Assembly (NCBI GenBank): GCA_039630545.1
Contig: JBCNUU010000007.1
Span: 34,590 to 98,589, forward strand
Direction: 5' to 3'
Length of the DNA stretch: 64,000 nucleotides
DNA from: Endomicrobiia bacterium
GTDB lineage: Bacteria; Elusimicrobiota; Endomicrobiia; DTEH01
The translations under genes were made by a program, and so were the position numbers. The notes below the pieces were generated by a model. That model did no database searches, had not been told where the DNA came from, and saw only the letters and a list, made by a program, of their open reading frames with translations. The number at the start of each line of letters is the position of its first letter. Position 1 is the stretch's first letter. This document shows positions 1-9,151 of this stretch, piece after piece.

Positions 1-600
1 TGGGGGTTTGCAGGAGAAAATATTGAAAAGCAATACTTAGACGGTTATGAATTTGGGATGGTGTTAGATATAAGTTTCACCAAGCACTTTATAACATTTC
101 TAGATATATTTATTATAAATTCAAAATTATTTATGGGAAAGGCAGGGAATGTACTAAAAGGACCAGCAATTAGGGCTGCAGATCCTCACTATAGCTCCTC
201 TGTTTCTCCAGTATTGCCTAAGGATATTTATTATATTTCAAAAGCCTCTGTAGGAAGAGTAGGTATAAAGTTTACGATACCTTCTAAAGTAGACAATTTT
301 AATCCTTATATTGGTTTGGCTTTTGGAATTGTACCATATGAAATTGGATTTGGAAATAATGATGGTTCAGTGGCTTACAGTGAGATTATAAGTGATTTTA
401 CTTACATCTACTCTTTAATTTTAGGTATGGATTTTAAATTTAGTTTTTTAAATTTAGGTTTATTTTTTGACTATGGTGCCGCATTCACTGAAACAGGTGT
501 AGTTATGAATAACTGGATATGGGAAGGATGGTCATATAAAACTCAATTTCCTGTGGTGCCTGCTTTTAAATTTGGAATAACTTTTAGTTTTGACATTTAA
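1..600 (+). CDS. Hypothetical outer-membrane beta-barrel-like protein, 5'-truncated by window edge
   Basis: Frame is open from base 1 (WGFAGENIEKQYLDGYEFGM...); alternating hydrophobic/aromatic strands and C-terminal FKFGITFSF. Confidence 0.5.
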   Translation, partial: WGFAGENIEKQYLDGYEFGMVLDISFTKHFITFLDIFIINSKLFMGKAGNVLKGPAIRAADPHYSSSVSPVLPKDIYYISKASVGRVGIKFTIPSKVDNFNPYIGLAFGIVPYEIGFGNNDGSVAYSEIISDFTYIYSLILGMDFKFSFLNLGLFFDYGAAFTETGVVMNNWIWEGWSYKTQFPVVPAFKFGITFSFDI

Positions 601-643
601 TTTTTGTTGAAAAAAATTAAATTTTGTCATTCTTGAAATTTAT

Positions 644-1387
644 ATGGCAGAAATAATTAGAAGTCCTTTAGAAAAAAGACTAAAAGAGTGGCACGGAGAG
701 GAATGGCATACCACTAAAGGAAGAATAATAAGAGATATTGTATATGCAATTGATACTGGACTTGTAACAACTGTTTCATTTCTTGCTGGAGTTTCTGCTT
801 CTGTTTTTAGTAAGAATAAGATAATATTAGCTGGACTTATTGAGATAGTTTCTGGCACCCTTGCTATCTTTTTTGGCTCATATATATCCACAAAAGCACA
901 GAAACATTTTTTTGAAAACCAAATAGAACGAGAAAAAAAAGAAATAGAAGAAATGCCAGAAAAAGAAACACAGGAAATAAGAGATATATTTGCTGAATTA
1001 GGTTTTACAAAAGAAGAACAAGAAATAGCAGTAAAAAGAATCACTCAGAATAAAGACATATGGCTTAAATTTATGGTTCAAGAAGAAATAGGGATAAGTC
1101 CTGGTATGATTGATAATCCTTTTGAGATAGGAGTAATATCTTCTGTTTCTTTTATTGTTGGTGCTATCCCTGCAATTTTTCCTTTTTTTGTATTTAATAG
1201 CGTTAATGAGGCATTAATTTTTTCTGCGATATTTGTGTGTCTGTTTCTTTTTGTTTTAGGTGTAATCAAAACAAAAATTACAAAAATTAACTGGCTTGTA
1301 AGCGGATTAGAAACACTTTTTATTGGCGCTTTATCCTGTGGTGCGGGGTTTTTTCTTGGAAGATTTGCTTCAGGATACTTTCATTAA
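644..1387 (+). CDS. VIT1/CCC1 family iron/manganese transporter
   Basis: IRDIVYAIDTGLVT start, acidic EREKKEIEEMPEKETQE cytosolic domain, MVQEEIG motif, multiple TM helices. Confidence 0.9.
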   Translation: MAEIIRSPLEKRLKEWHGEEWHTTKGRIIRDIVYAIDTGLVTTVSFLAGVSASVFSKNKIILAGLIEIVSGTLAIFFGSYISTKAQKHFFENQIEREKKEIEEMPEKETQEIRDIFAELGFTKEEQEIAVKRITQNKDIWLKFMVQEEIGISPGMIDNPFEIGVISSVSFIVGAIPAIFPFFVFNSVNEALIFSAIFVCLFLFVLGVIKTKITKINWLVSGLETLFIGALSCGAGFFLGRFASGYFH

Positions 1388-1412
1388 ATTAATAAAGAGG
1401 GGGTAAAAAATT

Positions 1413-1796
1413 ATGGCAGTAAAACAAAAAGGTGAAATATATAAATGTAGTGTTTGTGGAAACATAGTAGAAGTTTTGTATGCCGGTGGAGGAACACTTG
1501 TGTGTTGTGGAAAACCAATGGAGCTTCAAGTAGAAAACACTGTAGATGCTTCTAAAGAAAAACATGTGCCTGTGGTAGAAAAAACTTCTGATGGTATTTT
1601 GGTAAAAGTTGGGTCAGTTGAGCATCCAATGGAAGAAAAACACTACATAATGTGGATTGAACTTAATGTTGATGGGAAAGTGTACAAACAGTTCTTAAAA
1701 CCAGGTGATAAGCCCCAAGCACTTTTTAATGTTGACGGAAAAGTTCTTTATGCAAGAGAATACTGCAACCTTCACGGTTTGTGGAAGTCAAGTTAA
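1413..1796 (+). CDS. dfx: Desulfoferrodoxin (2Fe superoxide reductase)
   Basis: YKCSVCG...LVCCG desulforedoxin domain; [14 protein letters not shown] and [11 protein letters not shown] ligands. Confidence 0.97.
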   Translation: MAVKQKGEIYKCSVCGNIVEVLYAGGGTLVCCGKPMELQVENTVDASKEKHVPVVEKTSDGILVKVGSVEHPMEEKHYIMWIELNVDGKVYKQFLKPGDKPQALFNVDGKVLYAREYCNLHGLWKSS

Positions 1797-1847
1797 TGTT
1801 CAGAAATAGGTGATCTGTTTTTTGATAAACTTTTAGTTAATAGAAGG

Positions 1848-2381
1848 ATGTGTCATATGAAAATTTTGTATAAATCTTTATTGCTTCTTTTATTTATAAA
1901 ATTATCCATTGTTTGTTATGCAGAAGTTTTTAAGAGAAATTCTTTGTATTTAGAAATAGGCGGGACTGGAATAGGTCTTTCCATAAATGCTGAAACAAAA
2001 GTTTTACCATATTTAGCATTAAGAGGTGGGGTTTCGTCTGCTATTTTAGGATTTGGGTTCCCGTTAAGTATAAGTTATCTAAGTGGAGCTGATAAATTTT
2101 CACATCATTTTGAAGCAGGTGTATCTTTTTCTTATTTTGAGGTGTTGTCAATATTTGGAGAAGGTACATTTGGCCTTCCACTATTTGGAGGAATCTTTGG
2201 TTATAGATATCAACCTAAAAAAGGAGGATTTTTGTTTAGAGTAGTATACACACCGCTTGTTCGCATAGAGGAAAAGGAGAGATACGAAGTTGCGGGTGAA
2301 GTGTCTGTGCCTACAGGTGAAAAATACTATGTATATCACGTTTTACATTGGGGTGGTATTTCATTCGGGTTTAGTTTTTAA
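1848..2381 (+). CDS. Hypothetical exported beta-barrel-like protein
   Basis: Signal peptide ending VCYA; NSLYLEIGG, GYRYQP and C-terminal WGGISFGFSF; start may be the Met at 1857. Confidence 0.6.
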   Translation: MCHMKILYKSLLLLLFIKLSIVCYAEVFKRNSLYLEIGGTGIGLSINAETKVLPYLALRGGVSSAILGFGFPLSISYLSGADKFSHHFEAGVSFSYFEVLSIFGEGTFGLPLFGGIFGYRYQPKKGGFLFRVVYTPLVRIEEKERYEVAGEVSVPTGEKYYVYHVLHWGGISFGFSF

Positions 2382-2404
2382 AATCTAGGTGGATATTTGA
2401 ACAT

Positions 2405-2734
2405 ATGCGCATATGGGATATCCACCCTAAATATTTGTGTAGAAAACATTTACTTGGAGAACATAGGGAACTTTATGCTATTTGGAATATTATTACAAAA
2501 AACAAAAAAGGATACTCAAAACATCCTGAAACTTTAAGATGGAGAGGCAAACTTAAAGCGTTATATCTTCGTCACAAATTATTAGTTGAAGAGATGCTTA
2601 AACGTGGCTACAGGCATAAGTCATAGTTAAATGAAAAATTAGCAAAAGGCAAAGAAAAACAGGATTGTTTTTTAGATACAATTTCTAAACAAAAGTTAAT
2701 TTTGAAAAATAAAAATTGTAAATGTAAGGTATGA
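2405..2734 (+). pseudogene. Pyrimidine-dimer DNA glycosylase / T4 endonuclease V-like gene interrupted by an in-frame TAG (2624-2626)
   Basis: MRIWD...LCRKHLLGEHREL...HPETLRW...EMLKRGY; the frame continues 35 codons past TAG to ...KNCKCKV-TGA, overlapping the next ATG (ATGA). Confidence 0.75.
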
Positions 2735-3651
2735 ACACAAAAATTTATGAACTCATAATTTTAGGATGTGGCCCTGCAGGAATTACAGCTGCGATTTATG
2801 CAGCAAGAAAAAAGATGGACTTTATAATTATTTCTAAAGATATTGGAGGACAAACAATTTATAGCAGTGAAGTTGAAAACTATACAGGATATCAAGTAAT
2901 AACTGGAGCTGAGTTAGTCCTTAAGTTTAAAGAACATTTAGATATGTTTGATGTTGAACTTCATATGCCAGAGGTAGTAAAAAGAGTTGAAAAAGAAAAC
3001 GATACAATAAAAGTAGAAACAGACAGAACTACCTATTATTCTAAAACACTAATAATCTCTACCGGGCGTACTCCAAGAAATCTTGGTGCAAAAAATGAAG
3101 AAAGATTCAAGGGTAGAGGTCTTACCTACTGTGCAACCTGTGACGCACCTCTATTTAGAGACAAAACAGTTGCGGTAATAGGAGGAGGAAACTCAGCTTT
3201 AGATGCGGCAATCCAGCTTACTAAATATGCTAAAAAGATTTATTTGATTGATATAGCAGAAAGCCTTAAAGCTGATCCTGTAATGATTAAAAAAGCTTTT
3301 GATTCTGGAATTGTTGAATATATTAAAAAATCTAAAGTAACAGAAATAAACGGAACAAATTTTGTTGAAAGTATAAAGATTGAAAGTTTAGATAGCAATA
3401 AAGAATCTATATTAGATGTTCAAGGAGTTTTTGTAGAGATAGGTTCTATCGCATCATCAGATTTTATAGATATAGTTGCTAAAACAAAAGATGGAGAAAT
3501 AATTGTTGACTGCATGAACAAAACCTCACAAGAAGCAATTTTTGCAGCAGGTGATGTAACGAATGTTTTTGCAAAACAGATAATCATTGCCTGTGGTGAA
3601 GGAGCAAAAGCAGCACTTTCTGCTTATGAGTATCTTAGCAAAAAAATTTAG
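2731..3651 (+). CDS. trxB: Thioredoxin-disulfide reductase (TrxB/AhpF C-terminal-like)
   Basis: GCGPAG FAD motif, CATC redox pair, GGGNSA NAD(P)H motif, IFAAGD. Confidence 0.9.
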   Translation: MNTKIYELIILGCGPAGITAAIYAARKKMDFIIISKDIGGQTIYSSEVENYTGYQVITGAELVLKFKEHLDMFDVELHMPEVVKRVEKENDTIKVETDRTTYYSKTLIISTGRTPRNLGAKNEERFKGRGLTYCATCDAPLFRDKTVAVIGGGNSALDAAIQLTKYAKKIYLIDIAESLKADPVMIKKAFDSGIVEYIKKSKVTEINGTNFVESIKIESLDSNKESILDVQGVFVEIGSIASSDFIDIVAKTKDGEIIVDCMNKTSQEAIFAAGDVTNVFAKQIIIACGEGAKAALSAYEYLSKKI

Positions 3652-4699
3652 AACTTTCAGAACAATATCAATTTTCCTTTTATTTTTTACTGCCTCTGAA
3701 ATAATCGCAACTGAGCTATATTCAAAAGAAAAAGTTATATTTATCATTGATTGCTGGAGATATAACTTTGGATGGGAAACATTTGGTGGAGGATATATAA
3801 GACATTTTTTAGTTTTTACTGAAGACAAAATTATTGACATAAAGACAGATCAGATTTCTTATACTCCTGCTTATTCTTATTCATATTTTGACCTGTCAAA
3901 ATATTCAGATAAATCTTTATATGAAAGTTTGTTTTTTGCCACTTTAGAAGCAATAATAACAGTTGGTTTAGAAAAAATATTAGGTGGCTCTCTCCAGGAA
4001 AGAGTAGAAAAAGAGTTTAAAAATATTCTTTTGTCTTTAGATAAAGAGTTTACAGTTGAAAGTCTAATTAAATTTTTTGAAACTTATAAAATAAAAACAA
4101 AAGTTAAAAATGTATTTTTAATTAGAAATCTAAAACTGCCAAAAGTAAAAATAAAAAATGACAATATAGTCTTTTCTTTCGCTTATATGGATAAAAAGTA
4201 TAAGTTCATTGCTAAAAATAAAGATAAAAATTTGCGCGAGGAAATAGTTAAAATTATAACTAATTTAATAGAACAAAAAGAACAACAGGTGATTGTTGAG
4301 AATGTTACCAATTTGCAATCTTACATTGAGCAAAAAGAAAAATTAAAGACTTTTACAAAAAACTCGATATTTTTCGAGTTTTCTAAAAAAGGTTTAATTT
4401 TTTCTTTCTTAAATTATGACTATAGATTTAAACCTTACTTAAGTTTAAGAATAGGTGTGGGATATCTTTATACCTCCATATTATCTTTGAATTTTATTAC
4501 TTTCCCTAATTCTTCAAATCATATTGAAGTATCTGCAGGATTTTGTATTTTACCTTTTGATATTTTAGCTTCTTTGTTAAGTGTTGGATACAGATTTCAA
4601 CCTTACAAAAAGGACGGTGTGATATTAAGAGTAAATATAGAATTCTCACCAGAGATAAACTTGATAACCGGAGGTTTAAGCATAGGATATTGCTGGTGA
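3626..4699 (+). CDS. Hypothetical exported protein with C-terminal beta-barrel-like domain paralogous to 1848-2381
   Basis: Start moved to ATG 3626 (signal-like leader follows); C-terminal NSIFFE...PYLSLRIG...NHIEV...GYRFQP...GGLSIGYCW. Confidence 0.55.
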   Translation: MSILAKKFRTFRTISIFLLFFTASEIIATELYSKEKVIFIIDCWRYNFGWETFGGGYIRHFLVFTEDKIIDIKTDQISYTPAYSYSYFDLSKYSDKSLYESLFFATLEAIITVGLEKILGGSLQERVEKEFKNILLSLDKEFTVESLIKFFETYKIKTKVKNVFLIRNLKLPKVKIKNDNIVFSFAYMDKKYKFIAKNKDKNLREEIVKIITNLIEQKEQQVIVENVTNLQSYIEQKEKLKTFTKNSIFFEFSKKGLIFSFLNYDYRFKPYLSLRIGVGYLYTSILSLNFITFPNSSNHIEVSAGFCILPFDILASLLSVGYRFQPYKKDGVILRVNIEFSPEINLITGGLSIGYCW

Positions 4700-4728
4700 T
4701 TACTTTTTGGATGTGTGAGCTACTTAAA

Positions 4729-5667
4729 CTACTCCTTTACTATTTCAACTCTTCTGTTTTTCTTTCTACCTTCTTCTGTATCATTAGATGCAACTGGACA
4801 AAGTGGACCCACTCCAAAGCTTTTTAGTCTATCTTTTGAGATGCCGTACTTTTCAATCAGTTCCTTTACGACATTCTCTGCTCTTTTTCTTGATAGTTCC
4901 ATATTATATTCGAACTTTCCAATGTTGTCTGTGTGTCCTACTATATAAACTTTTATTGCTGGGTTTTCTTTTAAAAATTTAGCTATCTCTTTTAATGTTG
5001 GTTCTGATTCAGGCTTTATGTCTGCTTTATCAAAATCAAAATAGATTCCATAAATTGCAACATGACCTTTTTTCATTATCTCTTGTTTTATTTCATCTGC
5101 TCTAATAAGACCTGTTTCCATTTCTTTTTTTTCAGCAATACCTAGGAATACCACGGGATTATAGTTCCAACCTTCAAGAACTGTGATTGAAACTCCTATA
5201 TTGTCTTTTTTCGCAGATATATGAAAAAACTCCGAAGGTTTGTTTTCAGTTTGATAAACACCTCGAAATAATTTATTGTATTTTGAAAGAAATTCTCTTA
5301 TTCCTTTGATTTCTTCTTTCTCACCTTTATAGATTATTTCAAATCCTGCTTTTTTTATTGCATACTCATAGTTTTTAAAAACTTCATATTGAGTTCTTTC
5401 TTTAGGGCAATGATATAGAATAAATGTAACTTTTCCTTCAAAAATCTCTTTTTTTGCATTCTCAACATCTTTATCGGCACCGGATGGTAAAGGCCCTGTA
5501 AGAAGATATAACCTTTCAAAAGTTTTCTCTTCATAATGTGCTATTCTTGATCCAGGAAACCTTGAAATTAAAGGGTGATCCTTACTTCCTGGAACATCCG
5601 GTTCCTGAGAATAAAGTATAATAGGTAAAAACAAAATACATGTTATCATTTTTGTTTTATTTTTCAT
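4729..5667 (-). CDS. OmpA-family peptidoglycan-binding protein with DUF4892-like N-terminal domain
   Basis: Signal peptide, DVPGSKDHPLISRFPGS, IYFDFDKA, VGHTD, LSRKRA, NRRVE. Confidence 0.9.
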   Translation of the reverse strand: MKNKTKMITCILFLPIILYSQEPDVPGSKDHPLISRFPGSRIAHYEEKTFERLYLLTGPLPSGADKDVENAKKEIFEGKVTFILYHCPKERTQYEVFKNYEYAIKKAGFEIIYKGEKEEIKGIREFLSKYNKLFRGVYQTENKPSEFFHISAKKDNIGVSITVLEGWNYNPVVFLGIAEKKEMETGLIRADEIKQEIMKKGHVAIYGIYFDFDKADIKPESEPTLKEIAKFLKENPAIKVYIVGHTDNIGKFEYNMELSRKRAENVVKELIEKYGISKDRLKSFGVGPLCPVASNDTEEGRKKNRRVEIVKE

Positions 5668-6091
5668 GCCTTTCTCCTTTTATCTCTAATATTATTTCAT
5701 TTAAAAGTCTTACAAAATTATGCAGATCAGATTCAATATATAGTTGGTCTGGGATAAAAGTAATTTTTTTTATTTTTTTGTCTATTTTAAATGAAATTTC
5801 ATAAATTATACAATCAGGGTAAGACTCACCTATAGTGTCTTTTTTTGTTTTTATTTTTTCTATAAGATTTTTAAATATCCTTATCTTTTCACCAGGAAGT
5901 TGTGTAGATATTTCAGTTTTTGTTCTTTTATCTTTATAAGTTATTTTCTTGTTGTCTATTATGATTTCTTCATTTAGCCCTATGAGGCCACCTTTTATTT
6001 TAGTTTCAATTAAAAATTCTTTTCTATAAGCACAGGATAAGTAGAACACCAAAGTAAAAAATATATAAAAAAGTTTTTTTATGTTACACAT
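5657..6091 (-). CDS. Hypothetical lipoprotein
   Basis: Lipobox-like FYLSC after a hydrophobic stretch; overlaps the start of the OmpA gene. Confidence 0.55.
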   Translation of the reverse strand: MCNIKKLFYIFFTLVFYLSCAYRKEFLIETKIKGGLIGLNEEIIIDNKKITYKDKRTKTEISTQLPGEKIRIFKNLIEKIKTKKDTIGESYPDCIIYEISFKIDKKIKKITFIPDQLYIESDLHNFVRLLNEIILEIKGERHEK

Positions 6092-6317
6092 CTAAATATT
6101 GTTATATCTTAACCACTCTTATTAATCTTATTAAAAAATAAAAATTTTTTCAAGCTATTGTTTGATTTGAAAATACTTTAACTTCTTATTTCTAAAATTT
6201 ATTTAGCAGATTTTTAATAGAAGTTGAATAACAAAATAATATTTTGTAAAAAACTAAACTGTCATTGTTTTAGCGTAAAGTATAATTATAAAAAAAGAAA
6301 AGGAGGAGGTGTAATAT

Positions 6318-6959
6318 ATGCCACTTCTTAACCCACAAATAAAAAATAAATTAAAGAACATATTTGACAACCTGCCAAATAATGTAATTTTAAAAGTTTT
6401 TACTCAAGAAATAGAATGTCCAACTTGTAGGGAAAATACTTCACTAATGCAAGAAATTTCCGAAGTTTCAAATAAAGTAAAAGTTGAACTGTTAAACTTT
6501 GTGTTAAACAAAATAGAAGCTGAAAAGTTAAAAATTGACAAAATTCCTGCTACAGCTGTGTTAGGTGAAAAGGACTATGGAATAAGATTTTATGGTGTTC
6601 CTGCTGGTTTTGAGTTTAACTCTTTAATAAACGCTATTAAGATAGTTGGTGAAAAAAACTCCGGACTTAAAGAAGAAACAGTTTCAAAACTTAAGTTAAT
6701 TTCTAAACCAGTAGATATAAAAGTATTTGTAACTTTGACATGTCCTTATTGTCCTATGGCAGTTGAGTTAGCACATAAGTTTGCTTTTGAAAACGAAAAC
6801 ATATATGCTTCAATGATAAATGCGCAAGAATTTCCACACTTAGCAAACAAATATGGTGTGTATGCTGTTCCTAAAGTTGTGATAAACGATAAAGTTAGTT
6901 TTGAAGGAGCAGTGCCTGAAGATACTTTACTAAGTTATTTGATGGAAGCGATAAAATAA
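6318..6959 (+). CDS. Protein-disulfide oxidoreductase (two thioredoxin folds; PDO / AhpF N-terminal-like)
   Basis: CPTC and CPYC motifs, GIRFYGVPAGFEF, AVPKVVIN; strong AGGAGG RBS. Confidence 0.9.
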   Translation: MPLLNPQIKNKLKNIFDNLPNNVILKVFTQEIECPTCRENTSLMQEISEVSNKVKVELLNFVLNKIEAEKLKIDKIPATAVLGEKDYGIRFYGVPAGFEFNSLINAIKIVGEKNSGLKEETVSKLKLISKPVDIKVFVTLTCPYCPMAVELAHKFAFENENIYASMINAQEFPHLANKYGVYAVPKVVINDKVSFEGAVPEDTLLSYLMEAIK

Positions 6960-6960
6960 T

Positions 6961-7515
6961 ATGTCACATGAAGTAGCTTTAGCGAACTTGTGGCTAAAAT
7001 TGGAAGAAGTCTCTTTGCAAGAAAAATACGACTTAAATTTTTTGAATGATACTTACGAGATAAACATAACCAACAAAACGGTTTTGTCTTATTCTTGCAA
7101 TTCAGAACCACCTGAAGAGATAAGTATACTGCTTCTTGGATATTTAATAAAAAAATTAAAAAATGAAATTCCAAAGCCAGAAAACGAACTTATTACATTT
7201 AATGAAATACCAGATGGTAAATTTTTATACGAGAGATTTAAAGAAAGAGCAGTAAAACCATTACTAAGAAAATACGGAAATAATCCTGAGTTTATTTTTG
7301 AATCATTAAATAGGTTTAAAGCTAAAAAATCAGATATTTCTAAATATGCAGTTGAAATCCAGGTTTTTGACGAAGTAAAAATTATTTTTGTATTATATCC
7401 AGAAGACGAAGAATTTTCTTCTGATGGGAACTTTTTGTTTGACAGAAGTATCTCAAAAATTTTTACAACAGAAGAAATAGAAGTTTTGTGTATTGAAATT
7501 GCGAAGTTATTATGA
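6961..7515 (+). CDS. DUF3786-like protein
   Basis: LITFNEIPDG...F, DEEFSS...LFD pattern typical of the family in anaerobes. Confidence 0.7.
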   Translation: MSHEVALANLWLKLEEVSLQEKYDLNFLNDTYEINITNKTVLSYSCNSEPPEEISILLLGYLIKKLKNEIPKPENELITFNEIPDGKFLYERFKERAVKPLLRKYGNNPEFIFESLNRFKAKKSDISKYAVEIQVFDEVKIIFVLYPEDEEFSSDGNFLFDRSISKIFTTEEIEVLCIEIAKLL

Positions 7516-7546
7516 TATTTATTTACAATAAAGGAGGATTCAAACT

Positions 7547-8053
7547 ATGAAACTTTCTAAAACTATTCAAAAAGAATTAAATCTTCAACTTAACAGAGAA
7601 CTTTACTCTGCATATTTATATTTATCTATGGCTGCTTATTTTGATTCTGTCGCACTCAAAGGATTTTCTCATTGGTTGAAACTTCAGGCAAAAGAAGAAA
7701 CAAACCATGCTATGAAATTCTTTGATTTTATTTTAGAAAGAAACGGAGAAGTTGAGCTAGAACCTATAGATAAACCAAAAACAAGCTGGAACTTTCCAGT
7801 TGAAGCTTTTAGAGATGTCTATGAACATGAACAAAAAGTAACTGGTTATATAAACAAAATTTTAGAAGCCGCAATTAAAGAGAACGACTATGCTACACAA
7901 AATTTTCTGCAGTGGTTTGTCTCTGAGCAGGTAGAAGAAGAAGCCCAATCTTTTGAAATTCTTCAAAAACTTGAAAAATGTGGTACATCTATAGGAAGTT
8001 TATTTGTTTTAGATCATCATCTTGGTAAAAGAGAAGATAAAAAAGACGAATAA
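7547..8053 (+). CDS. ftnA: Non-heme ferritin
   Basis: ELYSAYLYLSM, EETNHAMK, YEHEQKVT, FLQWFVSEQVEEE ferroxidase residues. Confidence 0.95.
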   Translation: MKLSKTIQKELNLQLNRELYSAYLYLSMAAYFDSVALKGFSHWLKLQAKEETNHAMKFFDFILERNGEVELEPIDKPKTSWNFPVEAFRDVYEHEQKVTGYINKILEAAIKENDYATQNFLQWFVSEQVEEEAQSFEILQKLEKCGTSIGSLFVLDHHLGKREDKKDE

Positions 8054-8076
8054 TAATTCTAGGGAGGTAACAATTT

Positions 8077-8238
8077 ATGAAAAAATCTTCAAAAAAAACA
8101 TCTTCAAAATCTAAAAAACAAAAACAAAAATATGTTTGTGAGAAATGTGGATTAATTATTAGTGTTGACGAAACTTGTGGTTGTGTTGATGCATGTGATA
8201 TAATCTGTTGTGGAGAACAAATGAAGCCTAAAAAATAA
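8077..8238 (+). CDS. 53-aa Cys-rich desulforedoxin-like mini-protein (absent from ORF track)
   Basis: GGGAGG RBS at 8062-8067; MKKSSKKTSSKSKKQKQKYVCEKCGLIISVDETCGCVDACDIICCGEQMKPKK. Confidence 0.8.
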   Translation: MKKSSKKTSSKSKKQKQKYVCEKCGLIISVDETCGCVDACDIICCGEQMKPKK

Positions 8239-8343
8239 AATATACTAAAGATTTTTTCATGGGATTACATTTCAATAGTTATACGCTTTTTTGAAGTGAT
8301 GGATTTTTTTTATTTTTGATTAGTAGCCACAGGGGGAAAATAT

Positions 8344-8823
8344 ATGGAAATGCTAAATATATCTGAAGTATATCAAATTGCTATGCAGATAGAAGAAAAC
8401 GGTATAAAATTCTATTCATTATGGGCTAAAAAGGTAAAAAATAAAGAGTTAAAAGAAATTTTTTCTGCCTTAGCTTACGCTGAAACTGAACACAAAAAAA
8501 TTTTTGAAAAGATGCTTAAAGAAATTGAAGACTATGAACCTAAAGAAGCTTATCCTGATGAATATTTTCAATATCTTAGAGCTTATTCTGAAAATTTGAT
8601 TTTTCGCATTAAAGATGCAAAAGAAAAATTAAAAAAAATAAAATCTGTGTCTAAAGCTTTGGAATTTGCAATAGAAAGGGAGAAAGAATCCATACTTTAT
8701 TATCAAGAAGCAAAAAATGTTGTTCCGCAGGTTCAACATTCTGAATTGGAAAAAATAATAAATGAAGAAAGAAAACACTTTTTAGATTTGCTTCATATTA
8801 AAAATTCAATTATTAAAAAGTAA
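8344..8823 (+). CDS. Rubrerythrin/ferritin-like di-iron protein
   Basis: AMQIEENGIKFY, ETEH, AIEREKESILYY, EERKH. Confidence 0.88.
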   Translation: MEMLNISEVYQIAMQIEENGIKFYSLWAKKVKNKELKEIFSALAYAETEHKKIFEKMLKEIEDYEPKEAYPDEYFQYLRAYSENLIFRIKDAKEKLKKIKSVSKALEFAIEREKESILYYQEAKNVVPQVQHSELEKIINEERKHFLDLLHIKNSIIKK

Positions 8824-8834
8824 TTTTAAATATA

Positions 8835-8863
8835 TTGACATTTTTAAAATTTTATTATATAAA
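8835..8863 (+). promoter_or_regulatory. Putative sigma70 promoter for the small membrane protein-tsaE-tsaB genes
   Basis: TTGACA-17 bp-TATAAA. Confidence 0.55.
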
Positions 8864-8903
8864 TTTTTCAATCTAAAATTTTAAATAAGGAGGTAATTAC
8901 TTT

Positions 8904-9131
8904 ATGGGAGCACTTATAGGAGGAATAATAGTAGGGGCTTTAGGAATATGGCTGTGGTTAAAATGGCCTGGTCAGGTGATAGTAATTCAGGGATCTTTAC
9001 CTATAATGTTAATTTGTGGCGGGCTGCTTGCAATTTTAGCAGGAATAGTTTCTATAAAAGATAGCATTGAAGCAAAAAAGTTAGAAAAAGAAGTTCAACA
9101 AACTTCACAGTCTTCAGAGGAACAAAAATAA
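8904..9131 (+). CDS. Small two-TM hypothetical membrane protein
   Basis: AGGAGG RBS; two hydrophobic helices and a charged tail. Confidence 0.7.
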   Translation: MGALIGGIIVGALGIWLWLKWPGQVIVIQGSLPIMLICGGLLAILAGIVSIKDSIEAKKLEKEVQQTSQSSEEQK

Positions 9132-9151
9132 ATAACTAATTTTTATATTTT

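Noticed and set aside
2624..2626. Genome-wide TAG reassignment
   Set aside because: TAG terminates genes at their expected ends elsewhere (mraY, trxB, mraZ)
6092..6317. Fur/PerR box or ncRNA in the divergent intergenic region; TGTCATT shared with the VIT1 upstream region
   Set aside because: Only imperfect AT-rich inverted repeats, not distinguishable from background by eye
8077..8238. Cys-rich peptide as a ranthipeptide/sactipeptide precursor
   Set aside because: No adjacent SPASM maturase; Cys spacing fits a desulforedoxin-type metal site
8255..8320. Hairpin plus T-run between the mini-protein and rubrerythrin-like gene
   Set aside because: Stem is weak and AT-rich; possible terminator but not supportable
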